From positions 1-31,537 of IMG/VR virus record IMGVR_UViG_3300020432_000027: a stretch of 31,537 bases of DNA. One strand, 5' to 3'. Positions 1 to 8,538 of the stretch are shown one piece after another; the stretch's first letter is position 1; each line of letters starts with the position of its first letter. Origin of the DNA: a virus (lineage: Duplodnaviria > Caudoviricetes). The position numbers were made by a program, and so were the translations under genes. The notes below the pieces were generated by a model, which saw nothing but the letters and a program-made list of their open reading frames with translations, ran no database searches and was not told the origin of the DNA.

Positions 1-253
1 TAGGAATTACTATAGTTGAGTCAGATCCTAATGTTCCTTCAATTCTTAATACAGCATTACGAGACTGATCGGCTGCGCCGTTACTGGCTGTTAATGATGT
101 TGTGGCTCCTGTTGTACTGACAACGACTACACCACCAACGGCTTCGTCAACCATATCAATAACTTGTTGGTTAAGACGATCACCCCAAGAGTTTGCATTT
201 TCGCCATCAGCTTGTTTCTCTAATCTTAATCTTGTTGTATAACTACTAGGCAT
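1..253 (-). CDS. Tail fibre / tail-associated protein, N-terminal part (runs off the window edge)
   Basis: Not in the ORF track. Read manually from ATG at 253: MPSSYTTRLRLEKQADGENANSWGDRLNQQVIDMVDEAVGG..., open to position 1. The GE-x3-WG N-terminus is typical of fibre anchors in this phage type, and the gene follows the adaptor gene. Confidence 0.65.
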   Translation of the reverse strand, partial: MPSSYTTRLRLEKQADGENANSWGDRLNQQVIDMVDEAVGGVVVVSTTGATTSLTASNGAADQSRNAVLRIEGTLGSDSTIVIP

Positions 254-255
254 AA

Positions 256-918
256 TTAATTACTTCCTTTTACTAATGTATTATCGCCTCCAGCTGGTGA
301 GGCATTATTTCTCATATCATCCTGTCTTGTCCTTCTGGCTTCATTTAATAAGTCAGTAAAGGCTCGTTGATACTCTTGTTCCCAAATTTGAGCCGCAGAG
401 TAATTTTTCATAAACATACAAGCTTCCTTCATACTAGCATAAAACAATGCATTAGAACAATATTCAGTAAAGAAATTCTCTTGATGCACTGAGGTAGCTG
501 CTGTTGGTTGAACGATATAAGACATTTCACAATCATAAGCCGACACGGGTGTAGGAGCTATAAGTAAATTATTAAAACCAAAGTTTGCATAATATCTAGG
601 CACTCCCACACTTGTACGTTGTGGCCAATAATCATTTAAATATTCGTCGGTCTTTTGTAATAAATTAATACGTGTGCCATCAGACTTTATAATATTTAAA
701 TTTTTTATAATTAATGTATTTACAGGTTTGGTAATAAATGGATCACCGATAACCATGTTTGATGTTGCATATTGCACAACACCATATGAATCTATTTCTC
801 TTGTTAATCTGGCTTCAGCTCTTTCAATAAAAGCTGGGATGTCACCTACAAACTCTGTGCTGGTATCTTCACTTGTTGTTTTAATTCTGTTTACTAATTG
901 GTTAAATGTTATACTCAT
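256..918 (-). CDS. Head-tail adaptor / tail tubular A-like protein
   Basis: 220 aa with a helical N-terminus (FIERAEARL), GVPRYYA...LLIAPTP...Y beta motifs and a helical C-terminus; position in the tail module. Confidence 0.6.
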   Translation of the reverse strand: MSITFNQLVNRIKTTSEDTSTEFVGDIPAFIERAEARLTREIDSYGVVQYATSNMVIGDPFITKPVNTLIIKNLNIIKSDGTRINLLQKTDEYLNDYWPQRTSVGVPRYYANFGFNNLLIAPTPVSAYDCEMSYIVQPTAATSVHQENFFTEYCSNALFYASMKEACMFMKNYSAAQIWEQEYQRAFTDLLNEARRTRQDDMRNNASPAGGDNTLVKGSN

Positions 919-1889
919 ATCTTCTTAGCCTTCCATATTTCAGAAGTACCACCAAAAACTTTAGGTGTCCATATTCCTCTTATATGTGTTCTAAATCTAG
1001 CACTAACTCCTGTTAATACCAAGTTACCGTCACCGTTTATGTTTGGTGATATAACTCTTGTTCTTACTAATGGTTGGAAGTTTGCTTTACCTCCCATACC
1101 TGCGTGTATGCTACATTGATAGTATAATGTAGTTGGGCCATCATTCGCAACAAATATTTGTGTGTATGCCCCAGGATTACCTGGAGTTCCTACAGTTTGT
1201 ACGTTAGTTGAAAAAAGTGTGCTTCTGGCCTCATCCAAATAAAACCTTAATGGATGACCATCATTAGTACTATCGGATTGATCAAAGGTATATAGTGCAC
1301 GATCTTTGACTAAATTTAAACCATACTGTTGTCTACCGTCTATAAAGTATTTGTTAGCTCCTCCTACATTTACAACCGTTACTTTAAATGTTTTACCACC
1401 GTTATATATCACTGGGTTTGCCCCAGCCTCTATGTTTTCATTACCTGTTGCAAATGTCGCCGATGTTTGTGATGGTATAACATTCGTTCCAAAAAAAGCT
1501 AAAGCATCTCTTACTACAAATCTTGGTGCTAATCCTGTTAAAGAAACTTTTGGGCTACTAGTAAATGATGTGCTTCTTAGTGTAGTTATTAATGCTACTC
1601 CTGTAACATTTTGTGTTTTAACAACTACAGCTGTTGCCGATCGTAAGCTAAATCCTATGCTTGTTCTAGTGGTGGATACACTTGCATTAGCTGCTGTGGC
1701 TACACTACGAAGAGATAAATTTATTCCTACATTAGTTACAAAAGCCGTGCCTGGAATAGTTACTGCTACAGAACGAAGAGCAGTGGATAGTGAAACTCCT
1801 GTTACTGTAACCGATCGGTCTACAACACTACGGTTCCACGCACCTGAGTTCCAAGTATTCCTACTGTATCCACTAGTAACCACAGACAT
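915..1889 (-). CDS. Virion structural protein with 22-aa repeats and an inserted cupredoxin-like domain
   Basis: V/T/S-rich repeats with LRS at aa 38, 60, 82 and 104; domain YTFDQSD...GHPLRF...LYYQCSIHAGMGG. Confidence 0.7.
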   Translation of the reverse strand: MSVVTSGYSRNTWNSGAWNRSVVDRSVTVTGVSLSTALRSVAVTIPGTAFVTNVGINLSLRSVATAANASVSTTRTSIGFSLRSATAVVVKTQNVTGVALITTLRSTSFTSSPKVSLTGLAPRFVVRDALAFFGTNVIPSQTSATFATGNENIEAGANPVIYNGGKTFKVTVVNVGGANKYFIDGRQQYGLNLVKDRALYTFDQSDSTNDGHPLRFYLDEARSTLFSTNVQTVGTPGNPGAYTQIFVANDGPTTLYYQCSIHAGMGGKANFQPLVRTRVISPNINGDGNLVLTGVSARFRTHIRGIWTPKVFGGTSEIWKAKKI

Positions 1890-1905
1890 AGACGATTAAC
1901 CTCGA

Positions 1906-2343
1906 CTATGAAAGTGTGATAATAGCAGTCGATGCAGCAGCAGCTGGGAATGATATAGTAAATGTACCGTTAGTCGATACTTTATCAGACCCAAAGTCTA
2001 AGACAGCAATAGCTTTATTACTATTAGATGAATTATATATTAGTGCTCCTCTAGCTGAGAATGTTGTACTTGTAAAAGATATATCAGAAAAATCGATAAT
2101 TGCTGATCCACCAGCAGCAGATGTTGCACCGAGTGAAATAGTCACACCACTTAGTGTGCCTCCACCAGAAGCATACCCACCACTTGATGCCACTTCATTA
2201 GAAGATGAGAATACAGATGTACCCGCAGATAATGAAGCTGCACTTGTAAATAAAGCTATCTTTAAGGTATCAGTTTTAATCTGATGCCCTTCTTGTAAAA
2301 CGTCTCTTTTAAAAGAGTTGCACACAGCTTGTGTAATGGCCAT
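1906..2343 (-). CDS. Conserved virion structural protein
   Basis: 145 aa, S/A/T/G-rich, SFK...KIALFT...NEV...GY-x-GG pattern seen in marine phage tail modules; GAGG RBS for the next gene at its end. Confidence 0.6.
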   Translation of the reverse strand: MAITQAVCNSFKRDVLQEGHQIKTDTLKIALFTSAASLSAGTSVFSSSNEVASSGGYASGGGTLSGVTISLGATSAAGGSAIIDFSDISFTSTTFSARGALIYNSSNSNKAIAVLDFGSDKVSTNGTFTISFPAAAASTAIITLS

Positions 2344-2345
2344 TT

Positions 2346-2615
2346 TTAGTTACCTCTCTTTGTAAATGTTGAATCATCAGGACTCCATCCAGCATCACCA
2401 GTTGTAGCTAGTACAGTATCTGGACGTGCATCCCTCAAGTTTTCATCGTCATTAATCCTTGGAGTTTTGTTCTGCGGGTGATCTAATATATTATATCGAC
2501 CATCCGTTTCCGAAGCTCCAACAACCAACCCCGTCGGCTCTTTGACTCTCTCAGAGTATTTAAATCTAAACCCTGATCGGTCGCAGATAAAGTATGCATA
2601 CTTACCTCTTGCCAT
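2346..2615 (-). CDS. Conserved phage hypothetical protein
   Basis: GKYA-x2-ICDRSGFR...HPQ...LRDARP; TAATG coupling to the upstream gene. Confidence 0.6.
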   Translation of the reverse strand: MARGKYAYFICDRSGFRFKYSERVKEPTGLVVGASETDGRYNILDHPQNKTPRINDDENLRDARPDTVLATTGDAGWSPDDSTFTKRGN

Positions 2616-3307
2616 TATAACCTAAACGATGGCTTAATCAAAAGACTAGCTCTTTCTTTATCTGCATACATTGCTGATGTTAATTCTTCTTCGTACATTT
2701 GTTTTAACATACCAGCTCTTTCGGATGTAATGCCTGGTCTTTTAATAGACATTTTATAAGCTAAGCCGGTAGCTAAACATGGTAAGAATCTAAAAGGAAC
2801 ATCAGGATCTTGATCGGACTTTGTTATATCTTCAACTCTGTTAAAGCTAAAATATGATAATATAGGTGTGCCACTTGAAGTTGTGGTATCTGGTGTAGGC
2901 CATAAATATAATTCAGCTGCATCTCTTAATCTATTGATAGCATACTGTGTTGGTCTACCCGTTTGTGTCTTGTTTGTAATTCTTTGATAAGCTTCCATAG
3001 TAATACGTTCTAAAGCTAAGTCTGTGGTTGTTGAACCACTTACTGTTCTATGAACAAGTTCAGTTATATCTATGAGTGAAGATGGTAATGTGTATTCAGC
3101 TGTACCACTTGTTATATCCAGTGTGGCTAAGTTTTGTTTCCATAGTAATATACCACGGTTCATCCAATCGATAAGGAGAAGATTGAGTGTACGTCGTGCC
3201 TCTAGTGGTTCAAACCCTAACGTCTGCTCACCACCTAACATAGCCATAGCCTCTTCGATTACATCAGCTATATCTAAATTAAATGTTGTTGTGCCTGAAG
3301 TTGCCAT
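2615..3307 (-). CDS. Head-tail adaptor / neck-type protein
   Basis: 230 aa; ARRTLNLL, GTAEYTLP, GRPTQY, LYLWPTPD motifs; same general architecture as 256..918. Confidence 0.6.
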   Translation of the reverse strand: MATSGTTTFNLDIADVIEEAMAMLGGEQTLGFEPLEARRTLNLLLIDWMNRGILLWKQNLATLDITSGTAEYTLPSSLIDITELVHRTVSGSTTTDLALERITMEAYQRITNKTQTGRPTQYAINRLRDAAELYLWPTPDTTTSSGTPILSYFSFNRVEDITKSDQDPDVPFRFLPCLATGLAYKMSIKRPGITSERAGMLKQMYEEELTSAMYADKERASLLIKPSFRL

Positions 3308-3308
3308 A

Positions 3309-3422
3309 TTATTTCTTCTTCTTTTGTTTTAATAAGTTCTCAAGTTCTTTGGCTTGAGAAGCATGAGTCTTAGATGCTTTTTTAAGAGCACTTATAATTT
3401 TACGTATTTTCTGTGGTTGCAT
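3309..3422 (-). CDS. Small basic hypothetical protein (37 aa)
   Basis: Below the ORF-track cutoff: MQPQKIRKIISALKKASKTHASQAKELENLLKQKKKK; fills the gap between neighbours almost exactly. Confidence 0.6.
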   Translation of the reverse strand: MQPQKIRKIISALKKASKTHASQAKELENLLKQKKKK

Positions 3423-3427
3423 TATAA

Positions 3428-3811
3428 TTACCTATCGTCGAAGTCAGTTCCAAACGATGGGTTTACAGTACCACCAGTAAAAAATTTACTTTTAAGTTTA
3501 CCACCACCAGCTCTTTTTGCAACTCCTTTAAATTCACGTTTAGGTTTAACATTATCTGTATCTATTTTTCTATCAATACTTGCAAAAGATTTAAACCTTT
3601 TATCAGATGCTCTTTGTGCAGAAGTTTCTTTAGGAGAATAGCTTTTACCTTTTCCGGGTTCATATCTTGTATCATATTCAAAGCTTTCTGTAATAGGGTT
3701 TACAATAGTAGTATCGAACTCAATTTCTTTGCCCTTAAATGAAGTTCTTTTTGGTTTCTTCTGTTGTCTTTTTCTAGTTTCTTTTGATATTTTTATTTTT
3801 TTTTCACTCAT
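3428..3811 (-). CDS. Basic hypothetical protein with C-terminal GG motifs
   Basis: 127 aa, K/R-rich, ends ...RAGGGKLKSKFFTGGTVNP...; ATGA overlap with the upstream gene. Confidence 0.65.
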   Translation of the reverse strand: MSEKKIKISKETRKRQQKKPKRTSFKGKEIEFDTTIVNPITESFEYDTRYEPGKGKSYSPKETSAQRASDKRFKSFASIDRKIDTDNVKPKREFKGVAKRAGGGKLKSKFFTGGTVNPSFGTDFDDR

Positions 3812-4476
3812 GTCTTATCCTTATCCGAATACAAATTGTTAAACGTTGTTTCCCAGTCCATATAACTATCGTGTTGTTCTGCGGAGTGTTCCCACTGTGA
3901 CGGTACAAAGTCTGGTGGTCCTTCTCCAACAACCCATAGTGCAGGATTGGTTACACGTACACGATTGTTTGGCAGTGCTACTATACAACCTTTATAGGGA
4001 CCAGATGTTAATTCCAACACATGTGATTGTTTATGTTGTGCTGGATCATCCGATATATAACTGTCGGTATAATCAACCGTAAACATGTACTTACCATTAT
4101 AGAACTCTCCGGCTATCTTACACAACCACGGACTCGAACTAATTCGATCCATTCTGATGACAGCATGATTACGACTGGAGCAGTCCCAAGGTTGGGCTAA
4201 ATGAGTCTGTATGTTTGGTGGCCATTCATCAAACGGTGTGTCCCCCACTAAAGACGTTATTGGTATACGTGCCCACATAGCTCCACCGTGGGGATTAGGG
4301 TGATCTTCGCCACATCCTGTAAACACAACTTGAAAACTCAAACAACGGTCTGGGATAGTGCACACTGCAAAAGCCAAAGCATGTAGAAACTCACCTTGGT
4401 ATTTTTCGTGGTTATGTGTGAACTCTTTCCTCACCCAACATTTAAAATGCGGGATGTTAGAAATCGTATAAGCCAC
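3808..4476 (-). CDS. Conserved phage protein of unknown function (candidate enzyme)
   Basis: 222 aa globular protein rich in W/C/H; QPWDC, FTVDY, QHKQSH and ALPNNR motifs; overlaps both neighbours. Confidence 0.7.
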   Translation of the reverse strand: MAYTISNIPHFKCWVRKEFTHNHEKYQGEFLHALAFAVCTIPDRCLSFQVVFTGCGEDHPNPHGGAMWARIPITSLVGDTPFDEWPPNIQTHLAQPWDCSSRNHAVIRMDRISSSPWLCKIAGEFYNGKYMFTVDYTDSYISDDPAQHKQSHVLELTSGPYKGCIVALPNNRVRVTNPALWVVGEGPPDFVPSQWEHSAEQHDSYMDWETTFNNLYSDKDKT

Positions 4477-4772
4477 TATTTAACCTTGCCGCCTCGTCTC
4501 ATGTACTTAGAAGTCTTACCGCCTTTAGCCATATACTTAGATGTTTTACCCCCGCCTTTCATTCTGTATTTAGATGTTTTACCACCACCCATAAGTTTGG
4601 CTTTACCACCTTTTTTCATTTTACCTTTACCATCAGCTGCAAAAAACGGAACTTTTTTTCCATCCTTCATAACCATTTTTAATTTACCACCACCGGCAGC
4701 TTTGTATTTAGTACCTTTGGTTCTACCGCCAGCCATCATTTTTTTCTTTGTTGTTTTCTTTTTCATTACCAT
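4476..4772 (-). CDS. Very basic protein with M-x-x-GG-K repeats
   Basis: 98 aa K/G/M-rich: MKKGGKAK, LMGGGKTSK, MKGGGKTSK, MAKGGKTSK, MRRGGKVK. Confidence 0.75.
   Translation of the reverse strand: MVMKKKTTKKKMMAGGRTKGTKYKAAGGGKLKMVMKDGKKVPFFAADGKGKMKKGGKAKLMGGGKTSKYRMKGGGKTSKYMAKGGKTSKYMRRGGKVK
4482..4625 (-). repeat. Degenerate 30-33 bp coding tandem repeat
   Basis: ttagaagtcttaccgcc (4508), ttagatgttttacccc (4538), ttagatgttttaccacc (4571). Confidence 0.7.
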
Positions 4773-4773
4773 T

Positions 4774-5232
4774 TTATAGTGCTCCTTGTAAGTACATTAT
4801 TTCAAGTGTTAATATTATTATCGCCGCCACAATCGATACAGTTATAATAATTGTATTTTTGAGTCGACGTTTCTTTTCTGCTAATGCTTTCAAAGTTTGT
4901 TTTCTACGTGCTCGTTCATTAGCAATTTCTTTTTGTAGTCTTTCCCACTGTCCCGGTGAACCAAACAATAAAAATAGTTCTCGCATTTCATCACGAATAC
5001 GTTTGGCTTCCTCTTTTCGAAAGTGAGCTTCGATTGCTGTCTGCTCAGCTCCCGTCAATTTCCCAAGTATACCACCCTTTTTTTCTGCTGCAAAGCTTAA
5101 ATCAGCTTCGGCTTTTGCTAATTTTGTAATAGGTGCTACTAATGTGCTTAAATCTCTACCGGCTTTAACTGCTGATGATATAGCCGAACTAGCAGTCTTT
5201 AATGCTGCAAAAGCTGTTAATGGATCAATCAT
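4774..5232 (-). CDS. Hypothetical protein, coiled coil plus C-terminal transmembrane helix
   Basis: MIDPLTAFAA N-terminus, charged helix, IIITVSIVAAIIILTL transmembrane segment. Confidence 0.7.
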   Translation of the reverse strand: MIDPLTAFAALKTASSAISSAVKAGRDLSTLVAPITKLAKAEADLSFAAEKKGGILGKLTGAEQTAIEAHFRKEEAKRIRDEMRELFLLFGSPGQWERLQKEIANERARRKQTLKALAEKKRRLKNTIIITVSIVAAIIILTLEIMYLQGAL

Positions 5233-5238
5233 CGCCGT

Positions 5239-5514
5239 TTATCTCTTTCTTTTTGTTTTTACCTTTTGTTTACGTCCACTCGCACTAATAGGATAACGAA
5301 TGGATGTAGGTTTTGGACCTACGTTAGTCTTGGCTCTTTTTCTTCTAACAGCCGCAGCTTTCTGTCCTGCTGTCATTCTATTAGCTACTGCCTTTGGACG
5401 ACAGACCGGATACTTTCTTTTTGACGACTTAGCTGATTTACGACCACACTTTTTACCTGTGGATATATCGACCCAGTTTTCTTTGAACCATGTCTTTAAA
5501 CCTTTTTTAGCCAT
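5239..5514 (-). CDS. Basic hypothetical protein
   Basis: Start reassigned to ATG 5514 (MAKKGLKTWFKENWVD...CGR...YPVCRP), TAATG-coupled to the upstream stop. Confidence 0.7.
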   Translation of the reverse strand: MAKKGLKTWFKENWVDISTGKKCGRKSAKSSKRKYPVCRPKAVANRMTAGQKAAAVRRKRAKTNVGPKPTSIRYPISASGRKQKVKTKRKR

Positions 5515-5777
5515 TATGTAATTGTGGTTACTTTCTTTCGTGTAACAGCACCACACCCTTTAGCTATTATTTTAGTTGGTCCACCACCTTTTAATTTAAT
5601 CTTACCACCTCCAGCTTTACTAGGCTTCGGCCCTCTAAAATCTTTTCTCTTTTTACCACTAGGATCTTTTATCTTACCCGCACATATCTTTGATGCATAG
5701 GCATTTGCATAAGCACTTGGATAAACTGCGAACTTACGTTTGGCAGCAGCTTTACCTCTAGGACATAGTTTTGTCAT
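5514..5777 (-). CDS. Basic hypothetical protein
   Basis: KF-x-VYPSAYANAY motif; GG motifs near the C-terminus; TAATG coupling on both sides. Confidence 0.7.
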   Translation of the reverse strand: MTKLCPRGKAAAKRKFAVYPSAYANAYASKICAGKIKDPSGKKRKDFRGPKPSKAGGGKIKLKGGGPTKIIAKGCGAVTRKKVTTIT

Positions 5778-5932
5778 TATTTACCTCTCTTCTTTCTACT
5801 AGCACAATGTGCTCGTTGTGAAAAACCTTTTGGGTTTTTGCAGTTAATAGACTTCTTGTACTTTCGGGTCCACTTTTTCTTTTGCGGTCCTTTCGTTACT
5901 TGTTGTCTTATATTAGCACGACTTATTGCCAC
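5777..5932 (-). CDS. Small basic hypothetical protein (51 aa)
   Basis: Below the cutoff; GTG start: MAISRANIRQQVTKGPQKKKWTRKYKKSINCKNPKGFSQRAHCASRKKRGK. The SINC-x-NPKGFSQRAHC motif is recognisable from marine phages, and the ORF fills the gap. Confidence 0.7.
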   Translation of the reverse strand: MAISRANIRQQVTKGPQKKKWTRKYKKSINCKNPKGFSQRAHCASRKKRGK

Positions 5933-5933
5933 A

Positions 5934-6155
5934 TTAAATACCTACTAATATCTTTGCGATAACTGATGTTGCTCCTGATTGCATAACAACCGTAGCACAC
6001 ACAGCACCAATAACTAACCATTTAACTTGAAAGATAGATCGTTTAACACAACCCATATCTGTTTTAAGTTCAGATACATCTTCACGTAACTGAGCCTCAC
6101 GTTCAATGTGACGTGTTAATTCAAGTTTAAGATCTGTTAAATCTTTATCAGTCAT
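5934..6155 (-). CDS. Small coiled-coil plus transmembrane protein (XhlA/holin-like architecture)
   Basis: Heptad N-terminal half, then KWLVIGAVCATVV hydrophobic segment. Confidence 0.5.
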   Translation of the reverse strand: MTDKDLTDLKLELTRHIEREAQLREDVSELKTDMGCVKRSIFQVKWLVIGAVCATVVMQSGATSVIAKILVGI

Positions 6156-6158
6156 AGT

Positions 6159-6269
6159 TTAGAATATCCAACACCACAATAGTAAAGCAACTATCGCAGC
6201 TATGTACCAGTGTTTTTTACACGTGGTGCATTTAATTTTTTCTTTTATCTTTTCCCATATCATACTCAT
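6159..6269 (-). CDS. Small membrane protein (36 aa)
   Basis: Below the cutoff: MSMIWEKIKEKIKCTTCKKHWYIAAIVALLLWCWIF; fills the gap. Confidence 0.55.
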   Translation of the reverse strand: MSMIWEKIKEKIKCTTCKKHWYIAAIVALLLWCWIF

Positions 6270-6271
6270 GT

Positions 6272-6574
6272 CTAACATTTCCATCTCCTTCTTGCTTGAC
6301 AAATTCTTTTGTTTGGTGTCTTTCGACAGTTAATATTATGCATCTTGGCTTGACCCGCAGATCGTGCACAAAATGACTTTCTTCTTTTGGCAGCTTTACT
6401 TCCTTTTGCAACTTTACCTGTAACAGCAGTTTTTAATTTAGATCCGGGATTGGCACGACGATAGGCAGCTACACCTTTAGCTGTCATACCGGCACCTTGC
6501 TTAGTCGGTCTAAAATTACCTGACTTAACACTAGACTTTATGCCCATGCCCTTTTTCTTTTTACGAACGGCCAT
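6272..6574 (-). CDS. Basic protein, DUF6321-like
   Basis: GMTAKGVAAYRRANPGSKLKTAVT...RRKSFCARS...ARRRWKC. Confidence 0.7.
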   Translation of the reverse strand: MAVRKKKKGMGIKSSVKSGNFRPTKQGAGMTAKGVAAYRRANPGSKLKTAVTGKVAKGSKAAKRRKSFCARSAGQAKMHNINCRKTPNKRICQARRRWKC

Positions 6575-6577
6575 GTG

Positions 6578-6859
6578 CTATCCTACAAAAAATGTACCAG
6601 CTACACTAACTCCTGCATTCATAGTAACATGCAGATTTGTTTCGTAACGAATACCCGCATCTTCAATATACTGATCAGATGAACCACCGGCGATTAGTCT
6701 TTGTTTCATAATAATTGATCCAGCTGCACCACCGTCTCTTAATACAATGTCAGTTGCTGAAGCCATACCATTTACTAAACTGTATCCTCTAAGTCTGCCC
6801 GGGATCGAATCTATCGTAGATGTAGATGTTGCGAATATTGCTTTTATATTTGTTGCCAT
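6578..6859 (-). CDS. Small virion structural protein (putative)
   Basis: 93 aa, beta-rich, directly after the major capsid gene; AAGGA RBS. Confidence 0.55.
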   Translation of the reverse strand: MATNIKAIFATSTSTIDSIPGRLRGYSLVNGMASATDIVLRDGGAAGSIIMKQRLIAGGSSDQYIEDAGIRYETNLHVTMNAGVSVAGTFFVG

Positions 6860-6877
6860 ATTTAATTCCTTATATTT

Positions 6878-6915
6878 AACAATAAATAATAGGGGCCATT
6901 ACTGACCCCCATTAT
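6878..6915 (-). terminator. Intrinsic terminator after the major capsid gene
   Basis: Minus strand AUAAUGGGGGUCA-GUAA-UGGCCCCUAUUAU (13-bp stem, GNRA loop) followed by UUAUUGUU. Confidence 0.75.
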
Positions 6916-6925
6916 CATTTATATC

Positions 6926-7888
6926 CTAGGATGATCCCGCAGAACCATAGTAAGATCTCCAGTCACTGAAACCAAAGCTATATCTTTCTCTAGCTTTAAA
7001 TCTCAAGTTACCAGTATCAAAGTCTGGTTCCATCTTCGTAGCCAAAGGTGCTCTTACGAACATTTTAGCTCCGTTAGGAACATCTGTTTTAATGAAGTAT
7101 GCATTGGCATCTGTGAATCTGTGGTTCACAAAATACCCACTAGGTAGCATACTCATTGAACGGATGGCATTAATATCATTGACATTAGTTACACCATCTT
7201 TGTTAGTTGGTCCAGAGCCGTTAGCTGCGAAACCAAAGTGAATAGGTGTAGTTGACAATGTACTAGCTAAGATTTTCTCAGCAGTAAATTGTAAGTCAGG
7301 TGGAATGTGCAATGATCTTGCACGTGATCCAATTAAGATATTTCTATCATCCTTAGTATTTTGAATAGCAATCAAGGCAGTTTCTAGTGTTGTTTCAGAA
7401 AGATCTGAAGCTGCTAGTAAGTTGTCTTGAGTACCACCCACTACAGGGTGAGAGTTTGAGAAGAACGGTTGTCCATCTCCACCCGGGAACGATGTGCTGA
7501 AACCATTGTTAAACACATTAGCAGCTTTAGTCTGCTTAGTAGTTGACATAGCTCTAGCCAAACCTCTTGCACGAATTTTTGCAAATGTGTCATACAAGTT
7601 GTCTTCCATAGCTTCCTCAGTTACTGCGAAAGCAAGAGCTACTGTCTCATGTGAATAACGGCTGGTGAATGATTCTGTTGCCGAATCAAACTGTACAGCT
7701 GCACCTTCTGATTTAGTTGGTGCCTCACCGAATCCAGTGAATAGAACTTCTTCTTCAAAAGCTCTGTCTGAGTTTTCTACTTCAAATAAAGGAACGTGTT
7801 CGTCCTCTATTGAACCATACTCCAATCCAAAGACTGCATTTAATCCAGGAAGGAGCTGTTTTGCGATATTACCTCTATTTATAGCCAT
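6926..7888 (-). CDS. Major capsid protein (HK97 fold, Mu gpT-like)
   Basis: 320 aa; LLPGLNAVFG, SDRAFEEEV, K-x-EG, ALAFAVTEEAMEDNLY, DG-x-PFFS-x-SHP, KARERYSFG-x-SDWR; strong GGAGG RBS; followed by a terminator. Confidence 0.9.
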   Translation of the reverse strand: MAINRGNIAKQLLPGLNAVFGLEYGSIEDEHVPLFEVENSDRAFEEEVLFTGFGEAPTKSEGAAVQFDSATESFTSRYSHETVALAFAVTEEAMEDNLYDTFAKIRARGLARAMSTTKQTKAANVFNNGFSTSFPGGDGQPFFSNSHPVVGGTQDNLLAASDLSETTLETALIAIQNTKDDRNILIGSRARSLHIPPDLQFTAEKILASTLSTTPIHFGFAANGSGPTNKDGVTNVNDINAIRSMSMLPSGYFVNHRFTDANAYFIKTDVPNGAKMFVRAPLATKMEPDFDTGNLRFKARERYSFGFSDWRSYYGSAGSS

Positions 7889-7900
7889 AATATTTCCCTC

Positions 7901-8491
7901 CTATATGTCAGTTATAGAAACGACTGACCCTTTACCGTAGTCATCTCTATGTAAGTTAAGTTTAACCTCAAACTTTGGAAATTGATCGGTTGCATTTTCA
8001 CCAGGTAGTGTAGACCTTCTAAGCACTCTCAATGCTTTTGCAGCCTCATCTCCTGCTCCGCCTTTCATGCCGAAACCAGAGATACCTGTGATAGTTGAAC
8101 CAGAACCTAAAGTTACATCAAAGTTCAAACCGACTTGAGTGTCTGCGACAGTCGCATCTGCTTGTACTATATATGTAGCATTAGGGTCATCAAGAACTAA
8201 AGCTTTTGGATTACCAGTTGTTGATGAAGTGTCTGCTGGAAAATAGTTACTAAACGTAGGTTGCTTAGTAACAGGATCTACCCAGTTAACACCCATAAAA
8301 ACTCCAGCTTGTAGATTGCCAGTAGCTGATACTTTATGAATAGTACCGTTAACAATTTTTACTAAATCGCCTTGGAAAATGTTTTCGTCATTACCGTTAG
8401 TAATGTCGTACTCATTCATACCACTCGTATTGTATCCACCACCACGCATTCTCGAAGGCTGAAGTCCATTCAGATTTTTAGATGTTGCCAT
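7901..8491 (-). CDS. Capsid decoration / cement protein (putative)
   Basis: Start reassigned to MATSKN (GGAGG RBS); IFQGDLV, GVFMG and V-x-DDP motifs; immediately upstream of the major capsid gene. Confidence 0.6.
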   Translation of the reverse strand: MATSKNLNGLQPSRMRGGGYNTSGMNEYDITNGNDENIFQGDLVKIVNGTIHKVSATGNLQAGVFMGVNWVDPVTKQPTFSNYFPADTSSTTGNPKALVLDDPNATYIVQADATVADTQVGLNFDVTLGSGSTITGISGFGMKGGAGDEAAKALRVLRRSTLPGENATDQFPKFEVKLNLHRDDYGKGSVVSITDI

Positions 8492-8538
8492 CTTAACCTC
8501 CTTCAAAAGTTAGTGTTGTTTATAATAACCAAACACTT

